This document shows, in pieces, positions 58,401 to 64,000 of a stretch of DNA of 64,000 bases (position 1 is the stretch's first letter; each line of letters starts with the position of its first letter). The stretch comes from Bacteroidales bacterium (GTDB taxonomy: Bacteria > Bacteroidota > Bacteroidia > Bacteroidales > ML635J-15). The notes beneath the pieces were generated by a model, which was given only the letters and a program-made list of their open reading frames with translations, ran no database searches and was not told the DNA's origin. The stretch covers positions 6,670-70,669 of the forward strand of contig JAITXI010000077.1 of assembly GCA_031284905.1 (NCBI GenBank), given 5' to 3'. The position numbers and the translations under genes were made by a program.

Positions 58401-60116
58401 ATGAAAAGTAAAATTATTTTAATAATTATTAGTATATTAATTGTACAGTTTGCCCTTGGACAAGAACAAATAGGCAAATGGAGTGAAGGAAAAATTTTTG
58501 TTAAATTTAACAAAAATGTAAATTTAACTTTTGACGAAAATGGAGAATTCAATGTAAAGGAATTTCCTTTCATTAATGAACTTTCTTCAAAATACGAATT
58601 TACTAAAATAAAATTTTCTTTTGCAGAAACCAAAAGTGAAAAATTAAAAAGAACAATAAAAATTGAATTTTTAAAAACAGAAGGTATTGATTTATTGATT
58701 AAAGAACTTTTGCAACAACCGGAAATAGAATATGCAGAAAAAATTCCTAATTTTACAAAATTTGCCGTTCCAAATGACCCATTATATAATCAAATAATAA
58801 CAGATGCTCATTATAACATAATGGGTTTTTTAACAGGCGATTTACCGGAAGCAAATACAAGTTGGCATTTGAATAAAATAAATGCAGAACAAGCATGGGA
58901 ATTACAATCAGGAGACCCAAATATTGTCGTAGCAGTATTAGATAACGGAATTTGGACAGACCATCCTGATTTACAAAATGTTGTAGTTCATAAATATGAT
59001 ATTGCTGATAATGATACAAATACTACTCCTCCGACTAATACTTATGAATGGTCTCATGGAACACATACAGCAGGTTTAATAGGAGCAGAAACAAATAACG
59101 GAATTGGAGTAGCCTCCATTGGTAATGGAATTAGTGTTATGGCAATCAAAATACAGGAAAATTCTACGGAAGACATGAGTTCAGGAATTGAAGCAATGGC
59201 TTATGCAGCCGACAACGGTGCAAAAATTATTAGTATGTCATGGGGTGGAGAAGAAACTACTACCACAGAAGCAAATGCAGCAAATTATGCTTACGAACTA
59301 GGTTGCGTATTATTGGCTTCTGCCGGAAATAATGGAGACGGTTCTATGAATATGATTGGAATGACCACAAATGGAATAATGTATCCTGCCGCTTACAATT
59401 GTGTTGTCGCTGTCGGCGCTTCAGATTATAATGATGCAAAATCGACTTTTTCACAATATGGCACTTGGGTTGATATTTTATCTCCAGGTGGTTATGGAAA
59501 TAATGGGTTTAGTTTGTCAATTCCTATACCTGGCATGGAAGGGATTGCTTTAGGTCAATTCTCAGTATTAAGTACAACTTATAGTACAGCCGGACCGATA
59601 GATTTATTGGGAGCAAGCGGTGGTGCTAGTGATTACAATATTTCAGGAAATTATGATATTATGCCCGGAACTTCAATGTCGTGTCCTATTGCAGCCGGTT
59701 TATGCGGTTTAATTTGGTCGGCAAATCAGAATTTAACAAACGAACAAGTAATTAATATTTTAAAAACAACTTGTACAAACGTTGATGCTCAAAATTCAGA
59801 ATTTATTGGTCAAATCGGTGCCGGTCGAATTGACGCTTATGCGGCTATTTGTGCAGCTCAGGGAATCATAAATACCCCTCAATTTGAAAATAAATTCATT
59901 TCTGTTTATCCAAATCCGACAAATAATTTTGTAAATATTACAAATTGCAAAAATACAACTTATGAAATTTTAGATATACTTGGTAAAGTTATAAAGAAAG
60001 GTACAATTTTAGAAGATTTTACTACAATAAATATAACAGATTTACAGACAGGTAATTACGTTTTAAAAATAAAAAAACAAGAAAATTCTACAAATATTAA
60101 ATTAATAAAAATCTAA
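58401..60116 (+). CDS. S8 subtilase with T9SS CTD (shorter paralog)
   Basis: VAVLDNGI, SHGTHTAG and GTSMSCPIAAG. The propeptide is similar to the upstream paralog. C-terminal ISVYPNPTNNFVNIT...GNYVLKI. Confidence 0.92.
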   Translation: MKSKIILIIISILIVQFALGQEQIGKWSEGKIFVKFNKNVNLTFDENGEFNVKEFPFINELSSKYEFTKIKFSFAETKSEKLKRTIKIEFLKTEGIDLLIKELLQQPEIEYAEKIPNFTKFAVPNDPLYNQIITDAHYNIMGFLTGDLPEANTSWHLNKINAEQAWELQSGDPNIVVAVLDNGIWTDHPDLQNVVVHKYDIADNDTNTTPPTNTYEWSHGTHTAGLIGAETNNGIGVASIGNGISVMAIKIQENSTEDMSSGIEAMAYAADNGAKIISMSWGGEETTTTEANAANYAYELGCVLLASAGNNGDGSMNMIGMTTNGIMYPAAYNCVVAVGASDYNDAKSTFSQYGTWVDILSPGGYGNNGFSLSIPIPGMEGIALGQFSVLSTTYSTAGPIDLLGASGGASDYNISGNYDIMPGTSMSCPIAAGLCGLIWSANQNLTNEQVINILKTTCTNVDAQNSEFIGQIGAGRIDAYAAICAAQGIINTPQFENKFISVYPNPTNNFVNITNCKNTTYEILDILGKVIKKGTILEDFTTINITDLQTGNYVLKIKKQENSTNIKLIKI

Positions 60117-60130
60117 TATTTTAATAAAAA

Positions 60131-60158
60131 AACGAGTAATTAAATTTGCTCGTTTTTT
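60131..60158 (+). terminator. Intrinsic terminator
   Basis: Stem ACGAG/CTCGT extended by A-U pairs, with a 11-nt loop, followed by TTTTTTT. Confidence 0.65.
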
Positions 60159-60205
60159 TATTTATTTTTAAGAATAAAAAATTTTGAAAATAGCTAAAAC
60201 TATTA

Positions 60206-60213
60206 TAATTTTG
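60206..60213 (+). promoter_or_regulatory. Bacteroidota-type promoter (-7 TAATTTTG with -33 TTTG) upstream of gatE
   Basis: TAnnTTTG lies 24 nt upstream of the ATG. TTTG at 60183-60186 is 19 nt upstream of the -7 box. Confidence 0.55.
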
Positions 60214-60236
60214 AATAAAAATAATTCTCAAAAAAA

Positions 60237-62222
60237 ATGAAAAAAACACAATTTGATCCTGAAAAAAATTATATAGAAACTAGGGAAAAAATTGGCTACG
60301 TGCCACGAACAGAAGCTACTCAAGAAACTTACGATAAAATAGGATTTATGTCAGGTTTAGAAGTTCATCAACAACTTTTGACTGAAAAAAAATTATTTTG
60401 TCATTGTAAAGCAGGAGTTTTTCATAAAAATGAAGAATTTGATGCAGAAATAGTTCGTCACATGAGACCAACTTTAAGCGAACTTGGAGAATATGACGGC
60501 ACAGCTTTAATGGAATTTAAAACAAAAAAAGAAATTGTTTACAGAATCAATAATGAAAACGCTTGTACTTACGAAGTTGATGATACTCCTCCATTTATAA
60601 TAAATAAAGAAGCATTAAATAAAGCATTGCAAATAACAATGTTAAGTAAATTTAATTTAGTTGGAGAAGTTCATATTACAAGAAAACAATATCTTGACGG
60701 AAGTATTCCAACCGGCTTTCAACGTACAGCAATTTTAGGAGTTGAAGGTGAAATTCAATTAAGAAATAAAAAAGTAAGATTAATTCAACTAAGTATTGAA
60801 GAAGATTCTTGCCGTGAAATTAGTGATATTGGTCATCGTAGAATTTACAAAACAGACCGTTTAGGAATGCCTTTAATAGAAACAGTAACTTATCCTGATA
60901 TGGTCAATCCAGACGAAGTTAAAGAAGCCTGCGACTATATCCGATTTTTAAATCGTTCTTCAAATAATGTCCGAATAGGAATGGGAGCTACTCGTCAAGA
61001 TGTAAACGTTAGTTGTAAAGGCGGTACACGAATTGAAATAAAAGGAGTTGCTCATACAAAATGGATTCCGGAATTAACTCATAATGAGTGTTTTAGACAA
61101 TGGGCATTATTAGCAATTCAAAAAGAACTCAAAAATCGTTTTGCTTCAGAAAATGAAATGCAAAATTGGAAAACCAACTACGCAGAATTGAATTTTGACG
61201 AATTTAAAATAACAACCGAAGCTATTAAACAAGCAAAAGAAAATAATCATAAATTAATCGCAGTAAATATTCCAAAATTTAAAGGAATTTTATCTCATTT
61301 TACCCAACCGGGAAAATGTTTTGCAGATGAAATTTCTGACAGATTAAAAGTTATTGCTTGTATTGAAAAGCCAAATATGATTCATAACGAACTTCCTAAC
61401 CAACCGATAACACCTGTTGATATGGAAATTATTCAATTAATCATGCAAACCGATGAAGAAAATGACAGTTTGATAATTTTTTGGGCACCGGAAGCTGATG
61501 TAAAAACAGCATTAGAAACCATTGAAGAAAGATGTAAAATGGCATTTTTTGAAGGCGTGCCAAAAGAAACAAGAAAATCATTTGAAAATGGAACTACAAT
61601 TTTTGAAAGAGTTTTACCGGGAGCTGACAGGATGTATCCGGATACAGATTCAACTCCTATTCCACTTGATAATAACGAATTGGAAGAATTAAGAAAAAAT
61701 ATTCCCGAAGATGTTTGCGAAAGAATAAATCAATTTCAAAAATGGCAATTCCCTGAAGATACTTTTACTTATCTTTTAAGCAAAAATTTATTTTCAATTA
61801 TTAAACAAACCATTGATTTAGATTTTAACCCAAAATTTATCGCAAAATTATTTGGACATTTTCTTAAAAACTACGAAGGAAAAAATCAAAATATTAAAAT
61901 TGACTACAACAAAATTATAGAATTATTAAAATTCATTAAAAATAATCATTTGGAATGTGAAATAGCATTTAAAATGTTACCTAAAATATTTACTAATATA
62001 GACAATAATTTTGAAAATATCCTTTCTGAAATAAAATTCAAGAAATATTCACAAGAAGAAATTCTTTCAAAAATTGACTCTTTAAGCTACGACTTTGATA
62101 AAGTTGCGAAAGAAAGAAACACAAAAAATAAGATTGCTTGGATAATGGAAGAACTCCGTGATACAGCAATTGGAAATATCAATTTAACAGAATTAAAAAA
62201 TAACATTGCTAATAGAATATAA
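60237..62222 (+). CDS. gatE: Glutamyl-tRNA(Gln) amidotransferase subunit E (archaeal type)
   Basis: Matches the GatE pattern and not GatB: GLEVHQQLLTEKKLFCHC, RHMRPTLSELGEYD, YLDGSIPTGFQRTAILG, KTDRLGMPLIETVTYPDM, GMGATRQDVNVS and IEIKGV. 661 aa with a long C-terminal helical tail. Confidence 0.9.
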   Translation: MKKTQFDPEKNYIETREKIGYVPRTEATQETYDKIGFMSGLEVHQQLLTEKKLFCHCKAGVFHKNEEFDAEIVRHMRPTLSELGEYDGTALMEFKTKKEIVYRINNENACTYEVDDTPPFIINKEALNKALQITMLSKFNLVGEVHITRKQYLDGSIPTGFQRTAILGVEGEIQLRNKKVRLIQLSIEEDSCREISDIGHRRIYKTDRLGMPLIETVTYPDMVNPDEVKEACDYIRFLNRSSNNVRIGMGATRQDVNVSCKGGTRIEIKGVAHTKWIPELTHNECFRQWALLAIQKELKNRFASENEMQNWKTNYAELNFDEFKITTEAIKQAKENNHKLIAVNIPKFKGILSHFTQPGKCFADEISDRLKVIACIEKPNMIHNELPNQPITPVDMEIIQLIMQTDEENDSLIIFWAPEADVKTALETIEERCKMAFFEGVPKETRKSFENGTTIFERVLPGADRMYPDTDSTPIPLDNNELEELRKNIPEDVCERINQFQKWQFPEDTFTYLLSKNLFSIIKQTIDLDFNPKFIAKLFGHFLKNYEGKNQNIKIDYNKIIELLKFIKNNHLECEIAFKMLPKIFTNIDNNFENILSEIKFKKYSQEEILSKIDSLSYDFDKVAKERNTKNKIAWIMEELRDTAIGNINLTELKNNIANRI

Positions 62223-62231
62223 TTTACGAAA

Positions 62232-63617
62232 ATGGAAGGAAAAGATTTACAAGGCTATAAAGGAAAAGCAAGAGAAATTTTACAAAAATATAATGTTAGA
62301 GTTTGGGGTGAAGTAGTTATACAATCTACAAGAGGAGAGTTTAAAGGAAGAGTATTACCGCGTGCTGAAAATACAGACGACATTCATATTGTTTTAAAAG
62401 TAAATACAGGATATAATATCGGAATTGACATAAATACAATTACAGATATTAAAGAAATAGGTTATAATGTAGCAAATTATGCCATTCCTGAGAAACAGTT
62501 TCCCTGCACAGAAGGATTACCACACGTAAAACTTTTAGGAACCGGAGGAACAATTGCTTCACGATTGGATTATCGTACAGGGGCAGTAATACCGGCATTT
62601 TCTCCGGGAGAATTGTATGGAGCAGTTCCGGAACTTGCCGATATTTGTAATTTAGATACCGAGAAAATCTTCGCAGTTTTTAGCGAAAATATGGGTCCCG
62701 AACAATACATTAAATTAGCAGAAGCTATTGGTAATGAAATAGAAAAAGGAATTGACGGAATCGTAATTGGGCATGGAACAGACACATTACACCATACAGG
62801 AGCTGCCTTAACATTTATGTGTCAAAATTTACCGGTTCCTGTTGTCCTTGTTGGCTCGCAACGTTCTTCTGACAGACCAAGTTCCGATGCAGCTCTAAAT
62901 TTAATGCACGCAATGACAGCAGCCGGACGAGGAAATATTGCAGAAGTAATGATTTGTATGTTCGGACCAACTTCCGATGAATATGGGCTACTTCATAAAG
63001 GAACAAGAGTAAGAAAAATGCATTCTTCATATCGTTCTACTTTCCGAACAATTGGAGATACCCCACTTGCAATGGTTACCCGTAAAGGAGTTGAACCTAT
63101 CAAAAAAATATTTAACACAAGGCGTAACGATAAAAATGTAATTATAAAACCATATTTTTCCGATAAAGTAACAATGGTTTATTATTATACAGGAATGAAA
63201 CCTGACGTAATTGACGGATTAGTTGCTGCCGGCTATAAAGGAATAATTTTTGTCGGTACAGGATTAGGACACGTAAACAAACTTATTTATCCGGCAATTC
63301 GCAGAGCACAAGAAGCTGGTGTTCACATGTATATGACTCTTCAAACAATTTGGGGCTATGTGCAAATGTACGTTTACGACACAGGTAGAGATATGATGGC
63401 TATGGGAATAATTCCGGCAGGAAATATGTTACCGGAAGTTGCATACATAAAATTAGGTTGGGCATTAGGTCAAACTGACGACCATGAAGAAGTAAAACGA
63501 TTGATGCTCACTCCGATAAATGATGAAATTACAGAAAGAGAACCATATAATGGATATTTAGTTTATCAAGGAGGAGTACCGGAAGTAGAAGAATTTATTA
63601 AAAAAGTACATAAGTAA
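62232..63617 (+). CDS. gatD: Glutamyl-tRNA(Gln) amidotransferase subunit D (asparaginase-like, archaeal type)
   Basis: GatD-specific N-terminal beta domain (GEVVIQSTRGEFKGRVLP...VLKVNTGYNIGI). Asparaginase catalytic motifs GTGGTIASRLDYRTGAV and GHGTDTLHHT. 461 aa. Confidence 0.9.
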   Translation: MEGKDLQGYKGKAREILQKYNVRVWGEVVIQSTRGEFKGRVLPRAENTDDIHIVLKVNTGYNIGIDINTITDIKEIGYNVANYAIPEKQFPCTEGLPHVKLLGTGGTIASRLDYRTGAVIPAFSPGELYGAVPELADICNLDTEKIFAVFSENMGPEQYIKLAEAIGNEIEKGIDGIVIGHGTDTLHHTGAALTFMCQNLPVPVVLVGSQRSSDRPSSDAALNLMHAMTAAGRGNIAEVMICMFGPTSDEYGLLHKGTRVRKMHSSYRSTFRTIGDTPLAMVTRKGVEPIKKIFNTRRNDKNVIIKPYFSDKVTMVYYYTGMKPDVIDGLVAAGYKGIIFVGTGLGHVNKLIYPAIRRAQEAGVHMYMTLQTIWGYVQMYVYDTGRDMMAMGIIPAGNMLPEVAYIKLGWALGQTDDHEEVKRLMLTPINDEITEREPYNGYLVYQGGVPEVEEFIKKVHK

Positions 63618-63620
63618 AAA

Positions 63621-63780
63621 ATACGGGTGAACAAACCGGAAACGGACAGATGATGTTTGTTAGCATGAGGGCTATCGCCACTCTACAAGTTGAACAATAA
63701 AATCTAAAATCGTAAACGGCTTTAGCCCTCTTGTGGCGTGAAGCGTAACAACGGCAAAGTTCTAATGTAGCAAAGCGGAA
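63621..63780 (+). ncRNA. Candidate structured RNA (unassigned family): either a 5' leader of the downstream gene or an independent sRNA
   Basis: My hand count gives 70 G+C in 160 nt, far above neighbouring intergenic DNA. Hairpin AACAAA/TTTGTT plus CCG-GAAA-CGG (63630-63661). Long-range helix GAGGGCTA (63667-63674)/TAGCCCTC (63723-63730). Competing or pseudoknot pairing CGCCAC (63676-63681)/GTGGCG (63733-63738). Strand not established. Confidence 0.4.
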
Positions 63781-63789
63781 TAATCAAAA

Positions 63790-64000
63790 ATGATTGACAT
63801 AGATAATAAAATAGTTCATTTTGATGTTTTTCAGGAAAAATTTTGTTGTAATTTACAGAAATGTAAAGGAAAATGTTGTATAGAAGGTGATTTAGGAGCA
63901 CCTTTAACAAAAAAAGAAATTACGGAAATAAAAAAAATCTTACCTAAAATTCAAGAATTTTTAACACCCGAAGCAAAAAAAGCAATCAAAGAAAATAATT
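63790..64000 (+). CDS. DUF3109-family Cys-rich protein, 3' end outside the window
   Basis: ATG at 63790. Translation is MIDIDNKIVHFDVFQEKFCCNLQKCKGKCCIEGDLGAPLTKKE, carrying the C.L.KCKG.CC.EGD.GAPL signature. The ORF is still open at the window end. Confidence 0.7.
   Translation, partial: MIDIDNKIVHFDVFQEKFCCNLQKCKGKCCIEGDLGAPLTKKEITEIKKILPKIQEFLTPEAKKAIKENN

Noticed and set aside
63618-63789. Possible cobalamin riboswitch, because of GGTGAACAAACC (resembling GGUGnnAAnUCC) and CGCCACTCT (resembling GCCACUG)
   Set aside because: The B12 box (AGCCnGGAGACCnGCC-like) and the GGGAAGGC-type segments are absent, and the helices I can draw do not follow the cobalamin architecture. It is kept as an unassigned structured element instead.
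1-64000. Search for CRISPR arrays, rRNA genes, integrases, prophage blocks, toxin-antitoxin pairs or clustered defence genes
   Set aside because: I saw no regularly spaced direct repeats with unique spacers, no rRNA-like G+C-rich blocks other than the tRNA and the 63.6-kb element, and no recombinase or phage structural motifs in any listed ORF.

Overview
This is a strongly AT-rich, densely coding bacterial window. I support about 50 CDS, one tRNA-Ser(GGA), no rRNA and no CRISPR array. Several signatures point to Bacteroidota. There are five intact type IX secretion (T9SS) C-terminal sorting domains plus one remnant. TAnnTTTG -7 promoter boxes sit in front of many genes. There is also a MurF-Alr fusion, a CarboxypepD_reg-type TonB-dependent receptor, a GldE-like CNNM protein and tandem FKBP lipoproteins.

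Most genes are housekeeping: kdsD, uvrB, tatD, exbB/exbD, pyrE, efp, nadD, mltG, rmuC, coaX, lptC, murF-alr, cysS and asnB. A secreted-protease arsenal is interspersed among them: a gingipain-type C25 peptidase and two S8 subtilases, one fused to an Asp-box beta-propeller. Other T9SS cargo proteins are also present.

The window shows clear genome erosion. It holds a frameshifted spmB-like gene abutting an orphan T9SS tail, an internally deleted IS1634-family transposase and an IS30 transposase tail. It also holds several long non-coding gaps.

The most unusual items are:
- An archaeal-type gatE-gatD pair (60237-63617) with a native-looking promoter and host-like composition.
- A compact G+C-enriched, helix-rich 170-nt element immediately downstream of it (63618-63789) that I cannot assign to a known RNA family.
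- An orphan nqrB-nqrC pair lacking nqrA and nqrDEF, ending at the IS30 scar.

I found no recognisable defence island, prophage or intact mobile element. All functional calls rest on motif and family recognition by eye, not on database searches.
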